The notes under the pieces: model-generated
The model's database searches: none
Told to the model about the DNA's origin: nothing
What the model saw: the letters and a program-made list of their open reading frames with translations, nothing else
Assembly (NCBI GenBank): GCA_010356995.1
Contig: ML996688.1
Location: 62,001-126,000, forward strand
From: Trichodelitschia bisporula
Lineage: Eukaryota
Direction of reading: 5' to 3'
DNA length: 64,000 nucleotides
Made by a program: the position numbers and the translations under genes
Shown: one piece after another, positions 24,701-37,028 of the stretch
Layout: every line of letters begins with the position of its first letter
How positions within the stretch are numbered: position 1 is the first letter of the stretch

Positions 24701-25570
24701 GACACGCGACTGTTGCTTCCGGAGTATTGCAAGGGAACACGCTGCTTCCCACCGTCCCCAAGCTGCTAGCTAACCCGGGTTTGGTCGGCGCTCTTGGTCG
24801 AAAAGTATCGGCACTGGCTGCGGACAAGGCAGATGCTGGAAGGTGAAGAAGGCAGTGGGAGGCCGACAAGCCTATCGCTGGACCCGTTGTAATGTGTTGG
24901 TTCCTCTCTCGGCCGTTTTGGATCTGGAGACAGCACGGGAGCGGGAATCAACGGGGGCGCTCCTTGTAAAAGTACTTTGTGGTGGCCGAGCTATGCACAC
25001 CCCGACAGTCGGATGCTCCCGCTGCTAGCGGCTCCTCGAGGCTGTTCTGCTTGCTGCGTTTTGCGCCTACCTGCGTCTGCCAGCCCAAAATTCACCGACT
25101 TGGGCTAATGAGGGCAGTGCACCCACGTAGCTGGGGCTCCCCATGCAACCAATCCTTTGCCTTATTTTTGAATTCGCCGGAGCGACCACGAAGGCTGGGT
25201 AACGCAGGCCCCGGCAGTATTTGCCGTCAATTGGTCCTACTTGGGTAATTCCTCAAAATAGCTCCGCTGTAGTTTCCATCTCTTTGGACTATCACCATAT
25301 AATCACTGTACCACCGCACTCACGTTTCGAAGGTTCTACAGCAGACACTTTACCATCGTTCGTTCCACCGACTTCACACATCTCTTCCAGCTTCTTGATT
25401 CTCTAAATTCCTCGTTGCGGTTCTGGCAATCTCAACGAGATCTTGTCCTACCGTTTTCTGAGTGCGAATGAAGAAGGAAGAGTCTCGACCAACGATTCCA
25501 AAAGAATCATTCAAAATTTTGGCATCACCACGATCGCTCTATCCCGAAGTCCTCGCCACTCGCTACTATC

Positions 25571-26846
25571 ATGTCTTCTCACAGCCCTTACCTCGACTCC
25601 AACCACCCCACCGCTTTCGAGCAGGGCACTGACCTGATGTATGCGGAACTTGACTCTGGATTCTACGAGCATGGCCTAGCCATCTCGGCCAGTGAACTGG
25701 CTCCTATGCCAACTCCCCATCAAGCAACCGATTGGCCGTCCGCCCACTCCCGGAACAGTTCAGTCTTTGATGTTGACTACCAGCCAGCTTTTAACAGCAT
25801 ATCGGAGGCGCCGACTTTAGAATTTCCTCATATGCCGTACTACCATTCGCCGCATTCCGGCGCCGCAGAGTACAACACTTCGCCACTGCTTCAACAGTCC
25901 GAGGTTTCTGGCATTCCCACCTTTTCAGAGCAGGACCCTCCGCATTCTCCATCGGGCTTTCCGGAAACGACATGGTCACCACAGAGCGCAGCTTCCGTTC
26001 AGTCCGCACCTCCGGCACTCAGCACTCCCCCACCAAAGGATAATATCACCTCCCAGGCCCCGCACATGCAACTCACGCCTAGTAAAAACCCACGCCACAA
26101 CCGCCATAATGCCTCCATTTCATCCATGCACTCAATGCCAACTCCGCCCCCTCATCCTCATGGCGCCTCTACCCCGGTGCGGCGTCCGTACGCCCCTATC
26201 GCGCCGCATCCCGTAGGCCTACGGCAGCTGGCGAAAAAGCGCACTCTGAGTTGCACACTTAGCGACGACGAGTGGGAAGCTGCAGCTGTTGTGGCTGCCG
26301 TAACTGGTGGCTCGCCTCCTCCGACCAAGCGTCTCCGACGGTCAGCCCCGGCATCTCCCAACATCGAGATGACGGAGGAGGATACCTTTCTCCTGCGGTT
26401 GAAGGACGAAGAGGGCCTGACGTGGAAGGAAATTGCCACACGGTTCCACACGGAGCTTGGGAAGAGCTTTCAAGTCCCCGCACTGCAGATGCGGCTGAAG
26501 CGGCTGCGTGAGCGGATGCGGATTTGGACCGAGGGCGATATCCAGGCTCTGCGGATGGCTCACGAATTCTGGATGAGCCAGAAGTGGGACGTTATTGCGG
26601 GCAAGGTACGTGACCTTCTGGATTTTGCTTCCGTGTACTAACGAGCCGCAGATGACCGAGTTCGGCGCCACTGAAAAGTGGAGCCCCAAGCAGTGCTCGC
26701 GCAAATGGCAGGAGCTCAGCTTCGCGGGTGATTTGTTCGCACAGCAGATGATGCGCACACCGACCTTCTCCACAACCTACACGGCCAGCCCCATTGAAGG
26801 ATCTCTTCCGAGCTTTTACCCGGCGCTTGCTATCACCACGTCTTAA
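25571..26846 (+). CDS. Myb/SANT-like DNA-binding protein
   Basis: S/P-rich N-terminus, NLS-like PTKRLRR, then EEDTFLLRLKDEEGLTWKEIA..F and WTEGDIQAL...KWDVIA.KM..FG..EKWS.KQC.RKWQEL. Exons 25571-26605 and 26652-26846, intron GTACGT...ACTAAC...CAG phase 0. Confidence 0.85.
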
Positions 26847-29526
26847 TCGAGCGTAAGGCCGTCCTCAAGAGGGCGCAGACTTCAGAGCCTCACTGTTCAG
26901 ATCCCAGTTCAATTCTGAAAGAGCAGAGGGGCTGGTTTCTTCCTGCCCAGCCGCCCATTCATCTACTTTTCTCACGTTTTTGTCCTGTCGTTGACCGTGC
27001 TTACGAATGGAATGTGTTATTGTCTACTTGCAGGCGTGGGAGGTAGTTTCGCGCGCCTTGTACGATGCCGATTTCAGCTGATGAAGTAATCTGCTGTCCC
27101 AATGGCCTCCACTCTCTCCTTTTCTTCTTCTATGGTCTCGCTTCCCTGTGGGATGGGCGTTTTGAGAACTTCCGGCTTGCGGAGGCGCTTCAGATTTCGG
27201 GGTTTCTTTCCTTTCCGGGTCTATGAAGATGGACGCTACATTTATGAAAGCACAATGGTTGCGAGATATCAGGGTCGCTCCTGAAGACACGGCATCTAAT
27301 TTCTCTACTTCCTTAATCTTCTTTCCTTATGATCCATGAAAAGCATTATCTCTTTCCTTGAACGATCAAGACTCTAGAATTAGGGACACAAAGTCCGACT
27401 GATACGAGCTCTCGGCGTCATCAAAAAGGCGGGCTCGTGCGCACATGGGATTGTGCTTGTACTGGTACGGGCAAGACAGATAGACTACCTAATTAGCACC
27501 GCTTCGGATATTGGATGATCGTCGCATCCTAATTGTGGCCACTGTTCCTTCAGTGACATCATCTCCAACCTGCGAGTCAACTCTCCGATATCGCTTTCTC
27601 CCTTCCTAAAGGATCCCCCCCACGCGTGCCTGTCCCCTTTCTGTCCTGACATGATCCTTCCGCGCGTGTTCCGCACCTTCCGGCACCATACCTCCATGCC
27701 AAATTCCCATATCCCAAAGACTCCGAATCCCAATCCCAAATCCACACCCTCGCAGGCCCCCCCCCAATCCCGCCGCTCACTCCTTCAATGTCCAATCACT
27801 GCCTATCGGGACCTCCCCACGGCCCACCCATCACCCGCGTCACACAGCCATCCTGCCGACGCACAGCACACCGGCGCAAAGCCCCACAGGTCCCGCCCTC
27901 ATCATCCCGAAAGAACGGGACGCCGACCGCAGCGGATGCACAGTATGCCTGAAGTCGCAACTGAGGTACCGGTTTGGCAAGGCTTACCCCGAAGCCGCCC
28001 GCAACGCCGCCCGCTAGTCGTGGCACGCCGATCGCGCCCCAGCCGCCGCCGCGGCGACGCTTGGGCGATAAGCGAGGCGCTTGGGTGACGAACCGTGCCG
28101 CAGTGGGGCCCCGGCAGGAGGCGCGGCGTGGCGCGGGGCTTGGTGGGGCTAGCGGGGCTTGGTGGGGTTCGCGGGGGTTTGCGTGGGGTGCTTTGGAGGG
28201 GGAAATTCGGGATTGGGATTGGGAGTGGAATTCTGCGGGAGGGATTTGGATGAGGAAGTTGGATGGGATGGGATGGAGGATACCTTGAGATCGACTCCGG
28301 GAGCGGACATGTGCTGCCCGTTCTGGGAAATAAAACGTGTTAATGTTGGTTAATTTACTGGGTCCCGGGTTGGTACATTTTGCTCCGCTGGAGGACGCGA
28401 AGTTTGGTTCTAGATTTCGGTGCAGCGTGCCCGGCGGCTCGGGTCCATGCCGAACAGGCTCGGTTCAATGTGGCCCGAAGCATATCCCTAATGCCGTTAG
28501 TGAGGTTTTACTTGGTGAGAACTTTGTTTAAACCTCTCGTGGATTACGGAGATGACGCACGTCTTCGGCCATCGGGTGCCGCCAATGAAAAAATTCCGGA
28601 GGCATAAAACCCAACTGCACACCATACTTTGTAGACTCTGTGGCGTGGTCTTGAGGGCATTAAGCAGCATCCTTTCCCGCTATCTTTCGTGCCCAGCCCG
28701 CTTCCCGTTCGTTACTCGTACACGCATGCCAGAGCAGAAACGACTGAATCTCTCTCGAAAAGAGAAGGCTTAACCGGTACGGGACGCGGAGCACGGACTG
28801 ATAGGTCGACATGACGTCTTTTGCATCTCCAGCATGCAACCATTTCACGGTTGTCAGCCACAAGTCGTTCTAGGCCGCACCACCAGATAAAGACCGGATA
28901 TCAAATTTCAAGTACGCTAACACGGAGCGAGAACGACCAGCACAGTCCAGAAGGAGATAGTGAGTTCATGACCGACGGTCTAGCCCAAGCATGGTGAGTG
29001 CCAGCTCGCATCCGACGTCAGAGCCCAAAGGCTTCACGTCTAGGTAAGTTAATTGCTTGGTTGAAGGTCAAAGGCTAAGTCCTTACTGCAGGGTCGAGTG
29101 TGGTTCCGAACTCTGAAAGCAATTCATGAAAAGCAACGATGATGTCGACCATCCTCCAGAGCATCGAGGAAAAACAAGACCCTAAACCGAGAACCAATGA
29201 CGCGGAGCATAGAGAATCCCCTTGGAAAGCCCGCGTCTTGTGAACATGTCAATGGGAACACCCCAGCCGATGGATGGCTGAGCTGCTCGGACCCGAGGTG
29301 GGCAGGGCGGACGCGGAGTGCAAGACGAGAGAGACGCTGTCCGCGCGCAAGCGACGCGGCGGCAAGCACCCTGCGCAGCTCCGGGTCCATAAAGTCCATA
29401 AAGATGGTGATGGCGGTCATGGTTGGGGCGGGGGGGGATGCTCGCTGTAAAAGCGACTGGAGAAAAAAAGACAAGTTCAAGTACAAGAACAGAACACTCA
29501 CAAACGCTTGATTCCAAACATCAATA

Positions 29527-29586
29527 CAAGAAACATAACGCATGCACAAGAAACACAACGCACACGCAAGAAACACAACGCATACC
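29527..29586. repeat. 20-bp tandem repeat x3 (CAAGAAACAYAACGCAYRCR-like)
   Basis: caagaaacataacgcatgca caagaaacacaacgcacacg caagaaacacaacgcatacc. Confidence 0.85.
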
Positions 29587-29742
29587 CAAAGCACCAAGAA
29601 CCCCCGAAAGCCAGAATGCCACAACGCCAGAACCCCGCTCATCAATTCCAATGCCCAGAAGCAGACCAACGACAATATCTGCGCAGGTGAGTTGAGGTTT
29701 GAGAGGTCAAAGAATTCATACTGCAATTTGAAAACCATGTCA

Positions 29743-29931
29743 CCACCATCCACCATGCCTGCCAAATGATGTTGAGGCCCGGAAGCCGAGTAGTGACCGA
29801 ATCTATGAAGGTTAGTACTGAATCAAAGAGCATAACGAAGACACCAACCGACTGCTTGGGGTGATCTCGCCACCATCCACCATGCCTACCAAATGATGTT
29901 TAGGCCCGGAAGCCCAGGAGCGACCGAATCT
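29743..29931. repeat. Direct repeat, two ~62-bp copies 127 bp apart
   Basis: ccaccatccaccatgcctRccaaatgatgttKaggcccggaagcc.ag.ag.gaccgaatct at 29743-29804 and 29870-29931. Confidence 0.9.
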
Positions 29932-29999
29932 GAGAGTTGAGCCCAAGTCCGGACAGCAGAGGAAAGACCTACATCCCAACTAGATCTTGCCTTGATTCC

Positions 30000-31637
30000 T
30001 CAATCCACCGCGGGTGGAGCGCGGCGGAAAAGCTTCCGGAGGAAGCGTCGCATGCCCTTAGCCCTATGCGCCTTCCTCGTCCCCTCTTGCGCCTTCTGGG
30101 CCTCTTCCACCACCTGCACCTCTCCCACCCTTTCCTCTACCTCGAGCTGCTCCTGCAACTCGCACTCCTCTTCCTCAATCGTCTCGAGCTGCCCCTGCAA
30201 CTCACACTCCTCTCCCTCAATCGTCTCGAGCTGCCCTTGCAACTCTCCCTCTTCTCCCTCTACTTCCTCTTCTTCCTCTCATTCCCCTTCTTCCCCTTCT
30301 TCCCCTTCTTCCTCTCCCTCCTCTTCTTCCTCTTCTTCTCTCTTGAGCTGCTCCTCCAACTCTTCGTCATCCTCGCGGATCAACTCTCCGGCCCACTGCC
30401 ACATCTTCTCCACTTCGTCGACCCCGAGCTCGTCTTCCTCGGCCATCATTGCCCGCTCGATTCGCTCTTCTTCGGCCTCCTTCGGCCTCTCCGCTCGCCC
30501 TCCTTCAGCCGCCATCGCTTGCTGGGCTCGCTCTGCTTCGTCTTTCGCCACTCGCTCGGCCTTCTCTCGCAGCCGCTCCTCGTACTCGGCCATCCTGTGT
30601 TCTTCCTCTTAGTTTCGCACTAATGCGTCTTCTTCGGAATCTCCACAAGCGGCCAGGATTTCAATGATGGAGGAGGGCCTGTGGATGCCCTTGCCACAAC
30701 GCCCTGCGGCCACCTTGACGATTTCGGCATTGTGCTCCGCCCAGGTCACAGCGCAACTGGACGTGGCTGAAAGCTCTGGAACCATGCCGTTGAGCATTTG
30801 CAGTGCGAGATTCCAATGCCGACGGCGTTCCAGCTCGAACTCAAAGCCAGAGAGGTAGCGCGTGTCATCCTCGAGCAGCTCGATTGAATCCTTCAAGAAG
30901 AGGTGGGTCGGTAGACGCATGTCGTTGTCATCGACGTCGTGCGCGGGCATCTTGGTGTCTTGATTGAAGAACTCAGCCAGGTAATTGCGGGCTAGCTCAG
31001 AGGTGAGGTTGCGGCGGATCTTCTCGGCAGTCTCTTGACAGTCTGGCTCGTACATCACAGAATGAAGATTGTCCCCGATGATCCGGCGTAGCACTTCCTT
31101 GCCTTGAATGCTGGCCTCAGGACAGCGCGGGCTTGTCTGGTCGGGGATAAGCTGGTCTGACCAATGACTTTCCTCGACCTTTGGACTAGGAGCCCGCTTT
31201 TATAGCGGAAGATGGGTGAGGCAGTCTATAATTTGGCGGAGTGCCGCTTCAACAGCACCTTCTTCGGTGTGACCTTCTTCAGCGTGACCTTGCTCGCTCT
31301 TCTTGTCGGCAGAGTCTGCTGGCAACGCGAGACTCCTCGGCATGATCCTGCGGACAGCTCTCTCAACAGCCCTTGAGTCTGTCGCCTCCCTTGTGGTTGG
31401 CGGATTGTCATCAGACGAGAAGGAAATCGGGCTGCTGGAATGCCACTGACGTGTTAGGCTAGCTGCGAGGCATTCAAACGAAGAGCTGAAAACAGGTTCA
31501 ACCCGTAAATTTGACGCTGAGATAGCTGAGTCTCTGCGGGTTTTGACGGGATCTTTCTTGACGGCGAGAGGAGCAATGGCCAAGCTGCTGTTGCAGACTG
31601 GTGACCGGCGGGCCCACATCTCGATCACCGGAGCCAT
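30000..31637 (-). pseudogene. Interrupted reading frame for a Glu-rich coiled-coil hypothetical protein
   Basis: ORFs 31637-31200, 31094-30609, 30593-30279 and 30242-30000 are all in the same frame, separated only by single in-frame stops (TAA 31202-31200, TAA 30611-30609, TGA 30281-30279); contains a 42-bp repeat (30141-30250, ELQGQLETIEGEEC). Confidence 0.6.
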
Positions 31638-31843
31638 GCCTCTCAGAGAAGTTGAAAATCGGAAAGAAGAAAAGAATCGCTTTTGTCAGGAGCGATGAGG
31701 GATGTCGGATTCCGGCAATGTGCTCGGAGGTGATCGGAGCTCGCTTGTGTATGGAGCGAGAAGAGGGTCGAGTTGGTGAATGATGCCGCTCTGTTTTCGG
31801 AGAGCGGTAGAGGCAGATAGTCTGCAAGGTGGTCGAGTGTTAA

Positions 31844-32080
31844 ATGTGATGGTGTTGATGAGATCGGAGAGCTAGTACTGTTGGTGGAGTCCTTGAAGCA
31901 GAGTGGGGCAAAGGCTTCCAAAATGATGAATCTGCGCACGCTTGGGGTTCAGAAGGTGCGAGATCGGAGATGTAACGGTGTTGTCGAGATCGGAGAGCTA
32001 GTACTGTTAGCGGAGTCCTTGAAACTGAGTGTGGGGGATACTTACAAGATGGAGAATCCGCAAGTTCTTCGGGTTCGGAA
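31844..32080. repeat. Tandem duplication, ~126-bp period, two diverged copies
   Basis: atgt.a.ggtgttg..gagatcggagagctagtactgtt.g.ggagtccttgaa.c.gagtg...gaatc.gc....ctt.gggttc.gaag at ~31844-31955 and ~31970-32080. Confidence 0.85.
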
Positions 32081-35000
32081 GACACAAGGGAGGAGGAGTA
32101 CCCCCCGGGTGTTGGTTGTTCTTGCAGTGGAGTGTTGCAGTTGAGTACGAGCCGAGCAAGTCGAACAACAGTATCAATTATCCGGAATCAGAAGATTTCG
32201 GTTAGGAGTCAATGTTCCAAAGCACAGAATTGATTCAGTGTTGAGCTTAAAGCATGCAACACTAGCCAACGACCTGGGGGGTGAAGAGAAAAAGAGAAGG
32301 GGAGGAGGGGGAGTCCTTCGCAGTATTGTTCAAGATCCCTGTCCCGTGACCTGCACGGACGATCGTGAGTCTGATAGCGAACGGTGGCAACAGGCCGAAA
32401 GAGACTGAAGTGGACCCTGCTGTGACCAAAAGCGGATTGCCCTTATCTCTCAATCATGATGGCCATTGCCCAACCACAGCAAAGGCTGATCGATCAAAGC
32501 AACCATCAGCTACTGGAAGGCATCGTGAAGCCACTGACAGAGCAACCATTCTTTCACCCAGTAGACCTTCATGTCCAGATCGTTCGTATCGATACAACCA
32601 AAATGTTGGCGACAATGCCCAATCGATCTCAACGGGCTCAACCACTTTTTGGTTTGCAGCTGCAGCCACCGAGGGACAATGCTGTGACATGCAAATGCAT
32701 CGGCGATGAAGGGCATCGCGTCTGCATGCACCGCGCACCATTGCTCTTGCCATGTGTGAGATTGGTCTATCCCAGGAAGCATCCAAGGATGGCTGCTTGG
32801 GCTTCACTCAGTTTCATGCCCTTGAGCTCGAAAGCCATGCGTCCCGGTCAAAGAAAGAGGACGGGAGGATAGATTCTGGTAGTTGCATTCCCGTATCGCC
32901 ATAGTATCCTTGTGTCTATTAGCATTGAGCCAAAGAATTAGAACTCGGAGGATACCTCAGAACAGGATACTGGACGCAAGTGAGAACTACTCGACCACGA
33001 TTGAGTCTGAATTCAGGGAAAGCCAGTGTTCCGCGTGTGAGCACATTGATTTCTGCGAGCGTACTACAAGAGTCAGCCTAAGTGCTGCTGCATCTGGAAG
33101 CATATCTTGTAATGAGTCTACCCAATTAGCTGCTCCTTCTCCATCAAGGGGCACAGTAAGACCTGGAGGCCTTCGAATTGCTCCTGCCTGTGGCATGCTG
33201 CAGCTTCCTACCGAGAATCTGCAATGACACAAAGATCTACTGGCAAATCTCTTATGTAATCTTTGGCCAAAACATGTACGGAACCCTTGCACCTAGTGAG
33301 TGGCTCCATGAAGATGTATCAGTCTCCGCACCTGTTGAAGTCGCGAATGAACAAAAATGCCTAAAGGCTCCAATGGTATCCTGAAAATCAGGGAAGATGA
33401 AGATTCCTCCAGCTGGTTCATCGATACACCTAGCCTTCAAAAGAACGAGTTTAGAAAAGCGAGCAATCTGCGCCTGGGTGGCCTTCAGCCTTCTTACAAT
33501 AAGCCTCCTGAAGTGGTGATGATCGTCGGCAAGGCTGCCAAGTCCCAATAAGTGCATGGTCACGTGATGATACCGGAGCCACCAGAGAGGGGTGAGAGGC
33601 TAAACACTTTGGAGAGCGTGGAGCTTGCTTCGTTATGCGGGGGGCTCAGAAATGTTTGTACTGTCTGCTGAGGAGATTAGCGGTGAGTTCAAAGATGCTG
33701 AGACAATCAGTTAAGGCGGCAAAATAATTGGCAGACACAGCAATGCGCCAAAGATGAAGGCAGAAGAGAAGCATAGCAACTCCCCATGTACATAATAAGT
33801 CGGAACAAGGGAAATAGGAGAGTTGAAGACAGTATATCGCCCAGGACTACTGTCAGTTTGAGGCAGCATGGATGCGCTAAACAGAAAACATCAAAGGGGC
33901 TGGCACGCAAAAAATCGGAAGCATCGGGAGAGCATTCGATATTCCCAAGCAGATAACTCAAAGTACACAAAGTATCGTACCTACTTCTCTCCGACCATTC
34001 CATTCTTGCTAAATGTAATCTTTGCTGCTAACCGCAGCCAGCCTATGGCAACCAACCCCAGACATAGAACCCAGGGGTCGGCGGCTTCATGTACGGTCCG
34101 ATGACGAGCATCCACCCCAAGCAACTCATCATGCTGGTTGTAGTGTTTCATACGAAGATCTTTGCGTGCCATACAGGATCGTGGAGAATCCAAGGACTTC
34201 CTCAAATCAAGCCTGTGGTGGTGTGACTAGACAGCATTTTAAGCAGTTAGTTATGCTCTCTACTGCCATTTAGAGAGGAGATAGCGTGAACCCACTTCTA
34301 GAGCCCCCAAGCATGGTCTTCAGCTCATACCCCAGAGAACAGTATGCCGGCGCCAGTCCTGGTACTTCCACCACTTCCGGTAGACTGCTGTACTCACCCA
34401 GTTCCCCGCCCAACCACCTACACCGCTATATCCTATTACCGGTGGCCTAAAGATCCAGCCATCAAAGGCTAGGTACTGCATGCTTAGTGAAGATCAGTTT
34501 TTGAGAGAATGACTAAAAGAACAGCTAGCGCCACGTCGCACATCCACCTGGCAGGTCGACGAGGCTGGAGATCAATTCGATAGCTTCATGCCGTTGATAT
34601 CCAGATCACAGCTTCTCGGCAGCCTCCCTGCAGTATATCAGGCAAGTGGAGGGGCGGGCGAAGAGTACCGGAGGAGAGCTTCGAAGCAACTGGCCAGCCT
34701 GGTATAAGCAAAAGACTAGGAGAATACAAGCAAGACTGGGGGAGTATCAGCAAGGTCAAACGGAAAGGACCTGAACGGCAGCTAAAGGAATTCTTAGCTG
34801 CAAATTCATACGATACAGGTACAAGAAACCAACGGTGAAGATCGTCGGTCGCGCAATGTGGTTGTCAAGTCCTCCGGGTTGAGGGGGAGACTGAGTGAAG
34901 GTGGAACGCGCAATGGACATCGCCTTGATCCTCAAGCGGTTTGCTTCTCATCCTTGCTCCACCCTCCAAAGAAGTTCAGATCGCTTCGCAATTCCCCTTA

Positions 35001-35465
35001 CCCTCGAAGTTCCGGTGCCTTCAACCGGAATCGCAAGCGGGTCAAGGTGTTACATTCTCAGACCATCGCAAGGCTACTAAATGAGCAGAAAACCGCCCAT
35101 CAGCCCATCAGCCCATCAGCCTTGATGATGCGATGGTCCAGCGTATGACCAAGCGTATGCAATATAAAATTTCAGGACCATGCACGCACGGTATTGCGCG
35201 GAAGGGCAGGAAGGAAAGTGCGAAGTAAAACACATGCAACGTGAAGTGGAGAAGGAATACAAAAGCAGTCACGCCCAGCAAGATGAATGGCGTCGGCCTT
35301 CGAAGAGGACAAACTCCTACCCTCGCCACCAAACCCACCGGTCCAGTTCCGTTATCATATCCAACCCAGACAGCCGTCTGTCCATCCAACCTTTCCAGCC
35401 ATCCCGTCCATCCAACGTTCCCAGCCAACCCGTCCATCAGACCTCCGTCCCGTGACATATACACC

Positions 35466-37028
35466 TTAAACCCCACCGAACCCCGAACCATGACGCGCCG
35501 GTACAGGGTTTTCCCTCGTAGGCAGGACCACCACACCCTGTAGCCCACCAGACGCTTCAATCTTGCGCCCATACACTGTCGCGGTCACACCGGCCTGCAG
35601 CGCGTACCCGCTAGCAATGAGAAAGCTCTTGAACGATGGAGAAAAGTCGCTCGGAACAACGGCGGAGAAGACAAAAACCAGTGCCGGACTCCCCGCAGTT
35701 AACGGCCGCTCGCTTCCAAGCCCGAGCCCGAGGCCGTACCCCGGGCTCGTCCTCCCACTACTCGACCCAACGCGCTCGGCGATCGCCGATAACGGCTTGG
35801 TTTCCTGGTGCGAAGACTCCGTTTCGTGGCCGGGCTGCAGCATTGCGCGACAGCTCGTCGTGCGCAAAAGCGCAAGCGATGAGAGCTTAGCGCGACAGTA
35901 GGGAAGAATGGCAGCGGGGTCAGTGGGGCCATCGGTGCTGGCCGAGGATACGGATCCTGAAGTTGGAGAAGATTTGTCCTCGGTGACTGCCGGGAGGTAC
36001 GCCTCCAGGCGCACTTCGATGTAAAACTTGAGCCCAGTGATGATCTCCGTCGGCAAGTGCAGCGTCAGCGACACATTTACCTCGGGGCTAATAGGGAACT
36101 CGCCCAGCGGAGTCACATGATTCCGTGGCGTAGGGAAAGCGAGTAGAGATGTGACCGGAGACGTGCTCCGCAGGGGGCTAGACATGGATGGGGACAAGAC
36201 ATGCGCACCAGGCGAAGGGCGGAAAGGCAGAAACTGGATGGGCAGTTGACACTGGGCTAGAAGAGGACCAGCTGCCGAGCCACCATACAGTCTCGCTTCG
36301 AGCATGTATTCAACGGAGCAACTCATGTTGGCCGAAGAGAGGTCAAACGAAGGAGGCAGATCGTGAATGGCGTTCCGCCACGTCTGATGGACATCTTGCT
36401 GGGCGTAGTGATGGTGGTGGTGGTAGCTCGGAATTGGAATGCTCGGAGTGGTCGCCGACGCTGCCGTCACCGTTCTGTAGTGCGTAAAGGGCCTGTTTTC
36501 AGTGGCAGTCGGACAACGCAGGTTGAACTTGAAGCGTCCTGAAGGCTCTGCGTATCGCCACGATCCGGTGTGGAGCTGTTGACGGTATAAAAATAGAATG
36601 ACTCGGTCCTGAAAGAGCAGCGATGGTTGGTCACACTGAGCCGGGCGTTGAATGGTGACACTATTGACACCATAGAAGGCGATCTCGAGGAAGCCGGTGT
36701 CGTTCGGATTAGGAGGATGGTAAACGACATCACCGGTGACGGGGCTGCGCGGGAAGAAGAAAGCGTTCGAGTTTGTCGTCAACCTGATATCCAGCGCATT
36801 GGGGCGCGCAAAGGAAGGCGGGGGCGAGGCGATACCAGCCACGCGGGGAGAGCGCGCCATTTCTGTGTCCAGCCGGGCACAGTTCGCGGTCCGATGCCCA
36901 GCAATCCCGGTCGGTTGTTGCTCGTTACCTCGGATGGCGCCGGTGCGGATGCTCGCAGCGTTGTGCAAAGACGTGGTTGGCGGCAGACGACCTGGTGGGC
37001 GACGAGACTGCTGCCTGCTTCCTGGCAT
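35466..37028 (-). CDS. Arrestin-like (Arrestin_N fold) protein
   Basis: Long single ORF (open up to 37166) with IRL...F.P.SPVTGDV, IAFYG...VTI, LF...QQLH.G, FKFNL.CP, LPPSF, CSVEYMLEARL and C-terminal PSFKSFLIASGYAL; start uncertain (37028 or 36860). Confidence 0.72.
   Translation of the reverse strand: MPGSRQQSRRPPGRLPPTTSLHNAASIRTGAIRGNEQQPTGIAGHRTANCARLDTEMARSPRVAGIASPPPSFARPNALDIRLTTNSNAFFFPRSPVTGDVVYHPPNPNDTGFLEIAFYGVNSVTIQRPAQCDQPSLLFQDRVILFLYRQQLHTGSWRYAEPSGRFKFNLRCPTATENRPFTHYRTVTAASATTPSIPIPSYHHHHHYAQQDVHQTWRNAIHDLPPSFDLSSANMSCSVEYMLEARLYGGSAAGPLLAQCQLPIQFLPFRPSPGAHVLSPSMSSPLRSTSPVTSLLAFPTPRNHVTPLGEFPISPEVNVSLTLHLPTEIITGLKFYIEVRLEAYLPAVTEDKSSPTSGSVSSASTDGPTDPAAILPYCRAKLSSLALLRTTSCRAMLQPGHETESSHQETKPLSAIAERVGSSSGRTSPGYGLGLGLGSERPLTAGSPALVFVFSAVVPSDFSPSFKSFLIASGYALQAGVTATVYGRKIEASGGLQGVVVLPTRENPVPARHGSGFGGV

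Noticed and set aside
29124..29765. 213-aa hydrophobic minus-strand ORF
   Set aside because: Hydrophobicity comes from the T-rich 20-bp repeat; looks like 3' flank of the interrupted gene rather than a membrane protein
29937..30623. Leu/Phe-rich and Ser-rich plus-strand ORFs
   Set aside because: Antisense shadows of the Glu-rich minus-strand frame
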